Assembly: GCA_965153355.1 (NCBI GenBank)
Contig: OZ231126.1
Span: forward strand, 47,554,001 to 47,618,000
DNA length: 64,000 bases
Reading direction: 5' to 3'
Origin: Flaccisagitta enflata
Taxonomy: Eukaryota
Shown here: piece after piece, positions 1-13,768 of the stretch
How positions within the stretch are numbered: the stretch's first letter is position 1
How the letters are laid out: each line of letters starts with the position of its first letter
Translations under genes and position numbers: made by a program
The notes under the pieces: generated by a model
What the model was told of the DNA's origin: nothing
Database searches by the model: none
The model's input: only the letters and a program-made list of their open reading frames with translations

Positions 1-594
1 TAGTTTTGTGCCAGAACTAAAGACTATGATGGATTTTTCTTTATTTGATACCAATCCCATGATCCTTGCTCAATTTATCAAAAAATAGCAAAAATATGAA
101 GATAGCTTTTTCAGAGATGATAAATAAAAAATTGATTTTGCCCAGAATACACATATTGTTCAATATTATGCCAACCTCTAAGGCCTTACGTATGGCGTTT
201 TTTTCCGCGGTTTCGGTTCGGGTTCGGAATACCTCAAAACCTTTCCTCGGGTTTATGACGGGTTTATATCGGTTTTTAAGTAAATATTGTAATAAAAAGA
301 AGTCAGGTTATTTGCCAGAGAAAAAAATGAGAGAAAAAAAAACGAGAGAAAAAATGAGAGAAAGAAAGAAAAAAAAAGAAGAAGAAAGAAAATTGAGAAA
401 CACAGGAAAAAAACAGACCTACACACACAAACAGGGACACAGACACAGACAAACTGAGACAGCAGAAAATCTGAGAAAAAGATGATCAAAAAAGGGGCAA
501 AATCAAGTTTGAACAGCACAATGAGAAAATAAACATAGAAATAAATGCAACTAGGTAGAAAGAGAAAGAGAGAGAAAAAGAAAGAAAGAGGAAG

Positions 595-778
<184 letters not shown>

Positions 779-1879
779 CTAAAATTATCATTAAAAAAAA
801 ATTTTACAAAATAATTGGATGAATGAATGATTGAAAGAACAATATAGTAGCAAAAATATTATAGAAAAAATAGTCGGGTTTGAGGGCAAAACCGAATTTC
901 GGGTTTGGCCTCAAAACCGAGTCTCGGTCTTCTCACGGCCAAACCCGCATGGCCTTACCTCTAACTAATCAATATGGAAAACTGAGGTTTAGCATTACAA
1001 AACTGCAGCATATTACCAACATACACTGACAATTTTGAGACATTTGGTTAAGTAGTTTAGCAGCTATAAAGGTTTATAATAACTCACTCCGATATAAAAA
1101 CGGTGTATGTCTATAACCAGTCTCTTGGCCCTGCAGTTGGTAGGATTTTGCTTTGCTTACTCCGTTTCGTTCATTTCCGCGAAGTTTTCGAGAAACTGGA
1201 TTTTACGTCTATTTGGGTTTCCTGTTCAGACGCCGGAGTTCCTGTTTTTAGGTGCGACAAAGCACCTCTATAACTGGCTGTGTCCGTTGGTTGGTCTGTT
1301 GGTCTGTCGGTCGGGTAGCGCATTCGTTCGACGATCCACACGTCGCACCTTATTGGCCTACTTGGCTTTGTTGATCTTATCTCTATTTAGCATCGATTTC
1401 TATATCCCATGATAAAAGCTGCTACAGCGCACATCTACAAGAATGAGGATGTTAGTTCTGGCCGCAAGTTAAAGAAACAAACAAAACAAAATTTTAAATC
1501 TTTTCTCAATGTCCATATTTGCCCTTCGATTCCAATAAAACCTGACCGGCGTTTTAATAATCTTATTTTTGAAAAACAAAATGAATGTATTTCTGAGAAA
1601 ATATGACATTGACCAATTCGTTCAAATCTTTTGTGTCCAGTTTATCACTTCACGTCAAAAATGTCATTCAATGTACAAAAACATTTTTAAAAATGATTGG
1701 TCAACTTTGATCAATCATTGATACCCCGAGGCCGGGTCAGGGTCCTCTTCTTTGCTTATCAATCAAGGCAAATTCCCTGGAAAAAAAAAACAACTTCTTC
1801 TTCTTTATCTTAACCTAACGAATAAAAGCGATGATGTAACGACGACGAGGGCCGGCTTCTCGTCTCTTTATCTGTGATC

Positions 1880-2069
1880 ATGTTCGCCTCGATTGTCCAC
1901 GCTCCTCCGTCGTCGACCTCTTCATCCACCTCCTCCTCCTCCTCCTCATCCCAACATCATCGAAGTCGATTCACGTCTTTGAGCTCTGACATCGTCGTCA
2001 TCGAGGATGCTTCCAAAATCGACGTCGACGTCGGCGTCGACCCTCTCATCGACGACGACGACGATCGAC

Positions 2070-2109
<40 letters not shown>

Positions 2110-2522
2110 ACGTCATGACTTTCCCGCCAATTTCACCTTCACGGAATCGGATGCCGCCGCAGCGACGCTTCGTCAACCAAGGAATGAAATCCCTTTGCTG
2201 CAGCCGCAGCAACATCCGGCGGCTCATCACGCGTTGCTGCTGGCATATTCCGAGCTGAAGAGACGTTACGTCGGAATGGAAGAGGAAAATTCCAAATTGA
2301 GGAAACTTTTGACGAGGAAATCCGAAAGATTGATTGTGGGGGAAAGTATTAAAGAAGAGGAAGGAGGGGGCGTTGGTGAAGAGTCTGACTCGATCGAAAG
2401 CGGGGGTGGGTCGCGAAGTAGTGGCGCTGACGAACTTGTTGACTCTCCTTCCGCTGATGCTGCTTCTGCCAACGGCGACCACAGCGGCCCCAAAGAAGAT
2501 GACGCAATGGAACCAGATGAAG
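1880..2522 (+). CDS. Exon 1 of an AZI2(NAP1)/TBKBP1/spindle-F-like TBK1-family kinase adaptor
   Basis: ATG at 1880; donor GAAG|gtaact after 2522 (phase 1) joins 11106 in frame. Encodes AAHHALLLAYSELKRRYVGMEEENSKLRK, similar to the AZI2/TBKBP1 N-terminal coiled coil as I recall it (SHFALVTAYEDIKKRL..SEKENS). Contains a poly-His tract. Confidence 0.75.
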
Positions 2523-3880
2523 GTAACTATAACAAGTTTGAACAAGTGAACAACTAAACAGCATTACTCACTGTTTCCTCAGTTTGACTTTGGAACTAAT
2601 GCTGTCCTCGAGCATCAATTATGACGCAGGGAACACTGAGTTCTCTTGATCGTAGTGTTCACTTGGCGTAGCATAACAATCTTAAATATTTCATTGAAAA
2701 ACAAAAACATGAAGATTGCTTTGTTATAAAAAATATTACCTATCCAAAAAGGAAACAGAAGAAACACATTAAGTTTATAGTATTTACACGAAATTCGTTG
2801 GCCTTGACGGGTGCAGGAGAAGGACGTCAGGGACGTCGGTCGACGTCCCATCTGTCAGACTTATAACCTTGTCAAACTAAACTCCATGAAGGAATAGAAA
2901 GGAAAAAATGAAGAAGAAGAAGAAGAAGAAGAAGAAGAAGAAGAAGAAGAAGAAGAAGAAGAAGAAGAAGAAAAAGAAGAAAAAGAAGAAAAAGAAGAAA
3001 AAGAAGAAGAAAAAGAAGAGAAACAAGGCCACCAGTTGCGGACGGGTGGGCAGGGGCGGATATGCGAGTTTTCCCACTTTTCGACTTGTGCTGACAGACG
3101 GACCAACGGACGGACGGACGGACAAAGCCTCTTATAGAGTTGCGTGTCCGCAACTAAAAAGAAAAAGAACAAAAAGCACAAAAAGAACAAAAAGAACAAA
3201 AAGAAGAAAAGAAAAAGAGAAAGAAACAGAGAAAAAAGAGATAAAAAGAAAAAAAAAGAGAAAAAAAGAGAAAAAAAAGAGAAAAAAAAAAGAAAAAAAA
3301 AAAAAAAAAAGAAAAAGAGAAAGAAAAAGAAAAAAGAAAACGGGAATAAAAGAAAAGTAGGATTATGGGAAAAATGAGAGACAACATAGTTAAGATCAAA
3401 ACAGAATAATATCTTTTGCATTTGAAAAAGTGATGAGAGGACACTGTTGTGCTTGAAGTTCTGTTGGACTTGAAACTGGTTGCCGACGGCCTTTTAAGTG
3501 CAATATTTTGCACCCCTTAAGTCAATTACTGACTCTTATGTAAACCCCCCCCCCCGGAACAGAAAAGATAAAACCGGATTGTGGACTTAAACCTTTTCCG
3601 GCCTTGGCCTTGGCCATAATCCTTATTTTCTTTTCTCTTTTTCATTTCTTTAATTTAGTCATGCGATTGCTTTTCGGCTACTGTCTGTTGCCCTTTGGGT
3701 GCCAAGTGCAGTGTCAACGAACTTTGAAACCAACTTTCCATTTAGTCAATTATTTTTGGACAGATTCACACATCTCTATGAGCATACATAGACAATTTTA
3801 TGATAGAATTATTTTCTTTTTGTTTCGTAGGCTTAAATTTTTCTTAATTAGTGGCCTTCATCATCCTGGCCCTCTCGCTC

Positions 3881-3911
<31 letters not shown>

Positions 3912-3914
3912 TTC

Positions 3915-3966
<52 letters not shown>

Positions 3967-3994
3967 AAACGCACACTTTTGCTCTGTGTCTTGT

Positions 3995-4095
<101 letters not shown>

Positions 4096-4633
4096 ACACA
4101 CCCTAACACACACGGCACGCCTTCTTAATAAAAGGCTAGAAACAAACAAAATCAAAATGTCATTTCTCAAGTGTCTCTTTCTGTGATTTCCCTCGTGATA
4201 TAGTTTATTAGTCAGCTAGTGCTGGTTATAAAAGGGCAAATTTGCAATAATTAGAAATATGCTAAAAGTAGCAACTTGCGACGATAAATCAACTGCCTGA
4301 TTTGCCATAAAGCACAACCACCTAATATTTCCCCTTTTTGAGATCTCGGCCAATACTTGAGTTTCTTCAGTTCGCGACTCGCGACTCTATAAGAGACTTT
4401 GTCTGTCCGTCTGTCAGTCCGTCAATCCATTTGTCCATTATGCTCATTAGCCATTGCTCAAAGGTGTGTCTGTGTAAGTGTCCGGGGAGGGGTGGTTTTA
4501 CCCTCCTGCTCACTCATCCACGTCGATGTCGCAACCCCGAGTTACTTGGTTATTTTCATATCTTGAACTTCCTAAACTTCTTTCGCAGGACTAAAGCTTT
4601 GGGAAGTTCAATTAATTGTCCTGTTAGTCCATC

Positions 4634-4736
<103 letters not shown>

Positions 4737-4811
4737 CGGTCTCTCTGTGTGTCTGTCTGTCTCTGTCGGATGTCGCTATGTCTGTCTGTCAGTCTTCTGT
4801 CACTGTGATGA

Positions 4812-4842
<31 letters not shown>

Positions 4843-4903
4843 GGTTTGTTGTTAAGCTGGGGCAACATATCTTTATTAGTCTCCGTGTTTTTTTCGGTAT
4901 TTA

Positions 4904-5133
4904 CTATCTTGCTAATAAATATATCAACATCTCAAAAAAAAACATCAACTTTGGAAGAGTGTAACTCCTAAACCATTAAAGCTATAATTACCAGATTGGT
5001 CTCATTTTGAATGTTTATTTTAACTCATTAAATTGTAACCAATCTGGTAATTGTAACTTTATTTGTTTAGGAGTACCACTATTCCAAAGTTAAGGTTTTT
5101 TTTCAGATGTTGATATACTTATTAGCAAGATAG
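4904..5133. mobile_element. Palindromic MITE, TA target duplication
   Basis: TA|CTATCTTGCTAATAA...TTATTAGCAAGATAG|TA; inverted symmetry through almost the whole element. Confidence 0.8.
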
Positions 5134-5436
5134 TATGTTATTCTGTCTGTTTATCCGGATAGATGACAGTGACAAATCTCATCGTGGAAATTTTTTCTAG
5201 TCATGATCCATGTCCCAACTTGTATTGTTGACTCTCATTTGTGTGAACCACATCCTGATTTTTTGACACCATCAATATGCGACGATGACAAAGCAAACAC
5301 GTTCTCACACCCTCGCAAAAGTCACTCACTCTTTAAACCAACTTGCGGTTTTCTTTCCTCTATCACCGATAGCACATTCTGGTTATCTCTCCTGCGAATA
5401 AAAACTACACTCGCGGTAAATGAGATTACTGAGATA

Positions 5437-6899
5437 CAGTAGATCTCGTCTAAACTTGAGATAACGGGGGTAAGCATTGTAGAAAAACAAATGAAGCCAT
5501 GGGAGTGATATTTGAAACATAGAATAATGAAGGGATGCTTTATCGCCCATGATAGCTGGTTGCCATGGAAACGCATTTCTATGTATTCTCGCTAAAATAT
5601 ATTAATATTTTGACAATTTTTTTTTAGCATACCATTGGTTTTGATCCGATATACTGATAGTAAACAAAATATTGTATGCAACAACCAGTGGTTTAAATAA
5701 CACCCGGCTGTAACATTACAAAATTGAAGCATTACAGCCGGCTGTAATTCTAACAACCCGTTGTTGAATACAACATTTTGTTAGTTACAGCCGGCTGTAA
5801 CTTTAGCAACTGATTGTCTTATACAATATTTTGTTTTTGAGCAGTATATTGAATTGAAGCCAGTGGCATGATATATGCATCTCACAAAAGTGTCTTGCCT
5901 TTTTAAGTTGGTGACCAAGCGGAAAAAAATTGTCGTAAACGATTTTTTGCTCATACCCTGTTCTGATTTTTCTTTAAGAATGTGAAAAAACAGATTTTCT
6001 AAAGAAACACATTCAGATATCACTCCTACTGATAGAATTTGATTAAAACACGTCTTTCCTGGCCCGCTAACGACCTTTTTTACAGACTGCCATTTTCATT
6101 TTTCTGCACCAACTCTTTAATTCAATGTTCGACGTACGTTCCAGGCCATGAATCTGGAATGTGAGTTACAGTGAAGTCATTCTAGAGGTTTTCATAGTGC
6201 TCAGCGGGTCAGGGGTGTCATAATTCCGCATAAATAAAACGATCATATCAAACCACCTGCGAATGATGATCAGAAGATGAAGCAGATTCGCACATTTTCC
6301 GTAACATGTGGATTTGTAGCTTCCATAAAGCAAATCATTCAGTGAAGTCATTAGTAAAACTTTTTGCCTTGATTAAGATACTTAAAAAAATCAGAAAAGA
6401 AAAAAAACCTTGGGAAGACCGACGTAAAGACAACTAATGTGGAAATCTAGGCTCTCTCTCTGGACGTCGTTTGTCTGAGATGTATACCTAATAGGTATAA
6501 TATACCTATAGTGTTTTGTCCACTGACTGTAAGGGAACATTTTTTTTAGAATAGAATTTGCTACAACTTTCCCATAGTATGTTCTGTAAGAATGTCGCTC
6601 CTTTAGCGGTTGCTAGGGGTTGTCACACTCCTTAGCAACGGCCAAATGAGTGACATTCTTACAGAATGTACTGGGGAAAGTTGTAGCAAATTTTATTTTA
6701 AGCAATGTTCCTTGAAAAAATCTCTCAAAATATTGATATTTCAGGGAGAATACATGGAAATTTGTTTCCATGGCAACCAGCTATCGTGAGGAATTAAGCA
6801 TCATTTGATTAGTCAATGATCCTAATATCGTTCCCCTGCCTTCATTTGTCTTTCCACAATGCTTGCCCCCATTGTCTCAAGTCTAGACGGGATCTACTG
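5437..6899. mobile_element. Non-autonomous Tc1/mariner-pogo-type DNA transposon with long imperfect TIRs
   Basis: TA|CAGTAGATCTCGTCTAAACTTGAGA...TCTCAAGTCTAGACGGGATCTACTG|TA; inverted match extends well over 100 bp. Confidence 0.8.
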
Positions 6900-7588
6900 T
6901 ACGTACATAAATCGATTTAACTAAGCCGAGAGTAAATCACAAAATAAAAAGATTTTGCTGGAAAAAATCCAGCCTGCTCGATCTAGATTTCGATAGATAG
7001 AACGTGATACTTCGATCCTTCTATCTTGTACACGGATGAACTATAAAATGCGCGCAGTTGTTATCACGGCAAGCAGAAGCGTAGAAAATGAAAAAAGAAA
7101 AAAGAATACTTGAAGTTACTGCAATTTAGTGAAGTCACAACTGTTTAAAACATTTTTTTGAACGCTTGATTATGTCTCTTGGAATCTGCTCCTTTGGCGA
7201 GACATTTCACAGGTCACTTTTTGGAAAAGACGAAGGTACATGATAGTTTCTTTTTTATTTCTAGTGTACACATTGCCCATCAAAGTTTCAAACAGCGATC
7301 TTTTTACAGTTCCAAAAGCCAAAATAATGAGACAGATGACCATGCCAAGGGACTAGACAAACTTATGCCTTACATAGCATAGTGAAACTGTCTTAAATCC
7401 AATTTATTAATAACGATGATTACTTCAAAAATTAAAGGGGAAAATTGTTTTTGTTTCAGTTAACCACAACATGAGGTTTTATGCTTTAAGGGCGGGCATG
7501 CCTTCACTGATAAAAAAATGAAAATTATATTTGTTGATATTAGAATTTTTGGTTCCAAAGTTATATTTTTATTGTTATATTTCGGTTA

Positions 7589-7933
7589 CCGTATTTCCCC
7601 TAATTAGCGCCCGGGGCGCTTACAAAATTGCAAAATGACATTGCCTTTTTCACCTTCTAATTAGCGCCCCCCTTTTAGCATGCAAGACTAAAAAAATTTA
7701 CTGAAAATTAAAGTAAAACAAATGATTTAGGGTGGGGAAAGATAGAAATATGTGATTTCAACAGAAAAATCCACACATGAAGTTAATAAGAAACAAAAAA
7801 TAAAGATAATTTTTGTATTGATTATGTATATCTATAATTTTCACTAGAATGAAAAGCTTAGTTGTGAGAGGATTTTTTTTCTAAAGAGGGGGGGCGCTAA
7901 TTAGAGGGGGGGCGTTAATTAGAGGAAATACGG
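7589..7933. mobile_element. pogo/Tigger-type MITE nested in the CACTG element
   Basis: TA|CCGTATTTCCCCTAATTAGCGCCC...GGGCGTTAATTAGAGGAAATACGG|TA. Confidence 0.8.
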
Positions 7934-8821
7934 TATATAAATGTTATATATGGTTATACCGATGTTATACAAGTTATACAGGCGAAAACGGCGAAAAAAA
8001 TCCCAAATTATACCAATTAGTTTGATTATACCTAAATTATAACAAAAAGTTATACTTTTGGTCTAACTTTTTGATATAATCGATATAACTATGGCCAGAA
8101 AGATCCACGCGGTTATACTACAATTATAATTTAAAAAAAGTTATATTACAATTATAATTTTTTAGAAATTATATTTATACTATAATTTCTTTCTCATTTG
8201 CATAATGTCATTTTGCCTGATATCTTGCTTTCGTGATTTTCTATAAAGTTCTCATCAAAAGTGAGAACTTTTATAGATTCAGACTAAGCATCTATAGCTT
8301 AAGTCTTTTCCTATAAGGTTCGCATTAAAAATGCAAACATTTATTGGGAAAAAAATCGAAAAACGTTTTTCGATTTTTTGAGTTTCGCTTAGGAATTAAT
8401 TTTTTCCATTTTCGCTTGAGGTGTTTTGAGGAAGTTGAGTCACGACTAGGCTCGCCCGAGGCTGGGGTTGAAATTGGTACGGGGTGAAAAAGGGCACTTT
8501 TTTACACCTTCTGGAAAAAAGCAGGGCACTGTCGGACCAAAACTTTAAGCGCTCTGAATTTTTTAATCTTTTTTTATTTTTTCACATTTTCCGCATTTTC
8601 CTCAAATATCAATATTTTTCATCGATCTCTATTTTGGGCCTTTATGTAACAATAAAAATGAGTTCAGCAGAGGGCAGAGGGAGGGAGATGGAGGGAGGGA
8701 TAGAGAGGGAGGGAAGGAGAGGGAGAGAAGAAGAGGGAGGGAGAGGGAGAGAGGGAGAAAGAAGGAGGGAGAAGGAAGGAGGGAGAAGGAGGTAGAGGGA
8801 AGAAGGGAGTAGGAGAGAGGG

Positions 8822-9380
8822 AACAAGTCATCCAAGGATCGCACATGGTCAGCGGTACCCGATGCCCTGCTTGGAGTGATTAGCTGAAGAAGTGGAGTGT
8901 GAGCAGGGCAGCGGCCCCAAAGAGCCAATGACCTGTAGGACACAGGGGTGAAGTTCCATACATCCTGAGATGGCATATTTGGGGTAATTTTCTTTGAAAT
9001 TCATTGGGAATTTTTTTTTTCAATTTTCTATCAATTTGCCATGTTATTCAATGAGAATTTGAGGTCTGAGAGGCTGGATTTTGGGCCCAGGAGGCTGGAT
9101 TTGAGGCCCAAGAGGCTGGATTTGAGGCCCAAGAGGCTGGATTTGAGGCCTGAGAGGCTGGATTTGAGGCCTGAGAGGCTGGATTTGAGGCCTGAGAGGC
9201 TTGATTTGAGGCCTGAGAGGCCAGATTTTAGGCCTGAGAGGCCAGATTTGAGGCCTGAGAGGCTGGATTTGAGGCCTGAGAGGCTTGAGAAGCTTTGGAG
9301 GGGGGACGATGACGAATGTCAAACGGAGAATCTTTCACCCTCGTCCTACAGAGACATCGGCCCGGCCGCTGCCCAAAAAG
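8822..9380 (-). mobile_element. Interspersed element carrying a 21-bp tandem array (family B)
   Basis: GGGCAGCGGCC subterminal inverted repeats and a (GAGGCCTGAGAGGCTGGATTT)n array at ~9055-9290. Relatives at ~22455-22710 and 56157-59270. Confidence 0.7.
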
Positions 9381-9699
9381 GGGGAGGAAGGTGGGACAGG
9401 GAGGGAGGGAAAGTGGGAGGGAGGGAAAGGGAGAGGGTGAAGGAGAAGGGGAGGGAGGGGGGATAGAAGGAGGGAGTCAGAGAGGGAGAGGGGGAGGGAG
9501 AGAGGGAGAGAGAAGGAGGGAGGGAGAAGGAGGGATGGAGAGAGAGAGAGAGAGGGAAGAAGGGAGAGAATGGGAAGAGGAGAAAGAGAGGAAGAGAGGG
9601 GGAGAGAGAGGGACAGAGAGAGGGAGGGAAAAGAGAGGGAAAGAGGAGGGAGGGGGAAGGAGAGGGGAAGAGAGAGAGAGAGAGAGGGAGAAAGGGAAG

Positions 9700-9823
<124 letters not shown>

Positions 9824-11105
9824 CAGATATAAACAGACACAAAAACAGACACACACACAGAAAAGCGCGTGAATGTGATGAAGAGAGAGAAAAAACTGAA
9901 AAAACAAAAACAATTTTATGATTTTTTTCCGGTCGGCGAGAGCCGCCTTTACTGGTAAAATAAGACTAAGCATACAGAGCAAGTCTGTCTAAAGCTATCG
10001 GCAGATCATCATGGATCATACTGGGCCAGATAGCGTACTTGTAGATTTTTTCTATTTTTTATATTCAACATTTTGAACTGGAATGGTCTACAGGTAGTAA
10101 TACAGTAACTATCACATAACAACTACATATGTTGGATAAATCATAAGATAACATCATTGAGCTAATTCCCTATGTCAACTTAACATGTGTATAAAGTTTC
10201 ATTATAAACTTTAAAGAAAAGGGCAAGATATTAGGCAAAATGTTCTGAGCTACTTTATGCAAATGATATATATATGATATATAATTTATATAATATTTGG
10301 ATCCCAGTATTTTGACAAAGTCGGATTATATAAGTTGTACAACTCTGAGACTGAAATTTCACAGAGTCCAATTAGATCAGTTATACAGTTTCTCGACTTT
10401 CTTGGCCCAGGAATTACAATCAATATAACTTTAAGCCTTTTTCTTTGCAGCCATTTTTTTTAACTGCAGCACTCTATATGTAAATGTATGGATTTTTCCT
10501 GATAGTCGAGACCATGATCAATCCTCAAATAAGTGTTTCAGTAAAATTTTTTGGAGCGTCATTGTATAATTGGTATAATAACAGTAAATCGTTCCTAGCT
10601 AGCACACCGCTGAAGCACTAATGCTCATCTTTTGAACAATGATAGCGACCTCCCCAAGGACCATTTTGATAAAAAAAAAAAGAGTCGACCCAACTATATA
10701 ATCTATATAATAAGACCAATAGTTGAAAAATATAACTTTGGAACCAAAAATTCTTATTTCAACAAATATAATTTTCATTTTTTTATCAGTGTTTATAGCG
10801 GGTGCGCTATGTTGGTGCTCCACTGTACATTTACGTCTTAGGCGAAGAAATAAATGACATAAATAACACAGTGGGACTTTAAACATCCTATGAACGCAGA
10901 TGTCATGATGGATGACGCGTTTGCCCGTCAAAATTTCTTCGATTTTGGATTTTGGATGTTGCCCAATACGTAGTTAAAAAAAAAATACTGGAGCATTCTA
11001 CAAAAGGAATTATAGATTACGAAAAAAAAAGATTTGGATGTTTTCAAATATCCTCTTCCTCAAAAATTTGTGATTCATAAACTTTCATTTCATTTCCCAT
11101 TTCAG

Positions 11106-11417
11106 GACGATCGCGGGCCATGGAAACAGATCCGTCCTTCGCTCTAATTTCATGCGGCATGGACACCATCCAAACCGGACAAACCGATTCACCGACGGAC
11201 CGACTGTCCATCCCGAATACGAACTCGGACCGGCTGTCCATCCCGAATACGAACTTGGAACATCAGACTCACGATGTTCGACAAGAGAAAGATATGGTGG
11301 TGGCTTTTGAATCTGCGCTCGAACAAAACGAGAAGCTTTTCAATTTGGTTCAAAAGCAGAAAGAAATCATCCGAGAATTGGGCCACAGACTCAAAACGCT
11401 CAAACGTAAATTGTCAG
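11106..11417 (+). CDS. Exon 2 of the same gene (coiled coil)
   Basis: Acceptor ttttcag|GA and donor TCAG|gtaaat, phases 1/1, matching both neighbours. Heptad-like AFESALEQNEKLFNLVQKQKEIIRELGHRLKTLKRKL. Confidence 0.8.
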
Positions 11418-11585
11418 GTAAATTTTTTAAAGAGAACAAAGAAGGCTGGATTTTTTTTCTCAAAAAAGTGCATCTTTAACGTATATACAGTTACATTCTG
11501 CACAAGCGGATCTCTTGGGACTGAAAATTACATCTCTTGTGACTTGTGAGTTGTGACAATCTTTGTCAATCTTCCTAAACCTCAG

Positions 11586-11725
11586 ATCCGACTCCGATGA
11601 ACACGATGAAGGTCGAAACTTCAGGTCCCCGAAGAAAGTCAGCAGTTGCTGACATGGGAAATAGATGGACCTTAGTGCCCAACGGTAATGCCATTGCGAG
11701 TCAAGAATCGATCATCGGATTTGCA

Positions 11726-11823
<98 letters not shown>

Positions 11824-11890
11824 GAGACTTGGACTGCGGCCGCAACAACCGAAACAGCCCATGTTTGTAGCAAAAGGCATGTGCAGCCCA

Positions 11891-11937
<47 letters not shown>

Positions 11938-11945
11938 GCAACAGC

Positions 11946-11986
<41 letters not shown>

Positions 11987-13357
11987 CCGATGTTCGTATC
12001 AAAAGGTATCAGTGCCGTGCGACCAACTCAATCGACGAACCGTGGTTTGTTCTGCAATAACCTGTCCATCGTTACGAACAACAATGAAGGTGTCAACAAC
12101 AAGGTCGAGTTTATCCACGATCGAGTTGGATTCAACGTTTCGACAAAAGAAAGAACCAAGCCCGCTTCCAAGTGGAAAGTGACTGTTCAAAATAGTCAAT
12201 CTTCACGCGTTAACGCGACTGTTGGAAGCGGCGGTATTAATGGTGGAATCGATATTAACATGGACATTTCTCCCGCGGCGCAAGCGCACGTGACTGCATC
12301 CCCAAAAAGATCGAAAATGCTGCAACAGCAACCCAGCACGCAGCATTTGAGCGCTCGAAACACGCAGATTATTAAAACACCTTCGGAAGATGCCGACTAT
12401 TACAGTCAACAGAATTATCACGCTCGACATTTTTATCAACAAGAACAGCTTCATCATCAGCATCATCAAAGCAATCAAGTCGGCTCTCATCAAAGTCGTG
12501 ACCATTATCAAGAACAGCAGCGTACAAATTTTCAGAATCCGTCCAATCAAACAGTTTTCACGCGGACAGGACAACAACCACAACTACAGCGGGGATTTCA
12601 GCAACAACAGCAGCTGCAGCACCCTGCGTCGGTATCGCCGGAGCATAAAACTCTAGACGATTGCGACAGCGACGGTGAAGCTGCGTTGAATAACTTTTTC
12701 AAAGTCGCCGCTACGACCAACGTGGAGATGCTGTCGCCGCCGCTGACACCGGACGCTGACGGATTTCTCGAAGACGAATGCGGTGTCAGCAACATTAACA
12801 ACAATGATGATGGATTTTCAGACTCACTCAGAGAGAGATTCTCTCAGCAATGCTTGCAGCAACTTTCCAATTCAAAAGAGGATGACGATGAGGAGGATGA
12901 AGCGCAACGGACGCTACAAGGAAATTCAATGGTGTTGAAGCTACATAATCCGGCACAGCGATCGAAAAGCGATCATTCAAGATTAAAACAATCGGACGAT
13001 GAAAACAAAACCATTGGACGGTCGGAAGAAATAAACACAAATTTACTCACTCCCAAAACAAATGACTGTCCACCACCACAGCATCATCACGCCGACCTAA
13101 CGGAACTGATGCAGCATCCCGTGAATGATGATGATGATGTTGATGATGCTGTCGTCGACGACGATGATGACGAGCTGCTTCGTCGTGAAGTCGTCAACGC
13201 GCCGTTGCTGCAGCATCCCTACGGTTTGCCGCCGACAAACGATCGTGAATGTCCGATGTGCTCGGCTGTGTTCCCCGACGGAAGCATCTCTCAGGACGAG
13301 TTTGAATCACACGTTCAATCCCATTTCGAAGCTCAAGATAATTTCGAAATCGTTTGA
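11586..13357 (+). CDS. Exon 3 (last) of the same gene: Q-rich disordered region plus C-terminal UBZ1-type C2H2 zinc finger
   Basis: Acceptor ctcag|AT in phase. Long ORF ending ECPMCSAVFPDGSISQDEFESHVQSHFEAQDNFEIV*. The three exons total 2727 nt = 908 aa + stop. Confidence 0.85.
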
Positions 13358-13567
13358 TTTTTTTCCTTTTTTTCCCTTTTCTTTTTCTTTTTCTTTTTCT
13401 TTTTCTTTTTCTTTTTCTTTTTCTTTTTCTTTTTCTTTTTCATTTTCTTTTTCTTTTTCTTTTTCTTTTTCTTTTTCTTTTTCTTTTTTTTTTTTTTCTT
13501 TTTCTTTTTTCTTTTTCTTTTTCTTTTCTTTCTGTCTCTTTCTTTCTCTGAAAGACGGGGGTGTACT

Positions 13568-13768
13568 GTTTTAGTCGCGTTCAAAGCAACTATACACCCC
13601 GCTTTGTCCGTCCGTCGATCGGTTGGTCGGTCGGTCGGTCGGTCATACATTACTCTTTATGTATTTTTTTGCGGTTTTTGGCCTTATGCTCCTGCCATAA
13701 TGCACTAGTGCTCTACAGCCCCTGCCCTCCCTTACGCGACTGGGGTAGCCGTGCATCCGGCCTTCTTT
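13568..13768 (+). mobile_element. Helentron/HINE(DINE-1)-like element, family A
   Basis: TTTTAGTCGCGT start, GTCC/GGTC microsatellite, ACGCGACT subterminal inverted repeat, terminal GCCGTGCATCCGGC hairpin. Confidence 0.65.

Noticed and set aside
9041-9466. ORF with (RPERLDL)n repeats, and similar ORFs at 56261-59254
   Set aside because: Translations of 20-21-bp arrays inside a non-coding repeat family.
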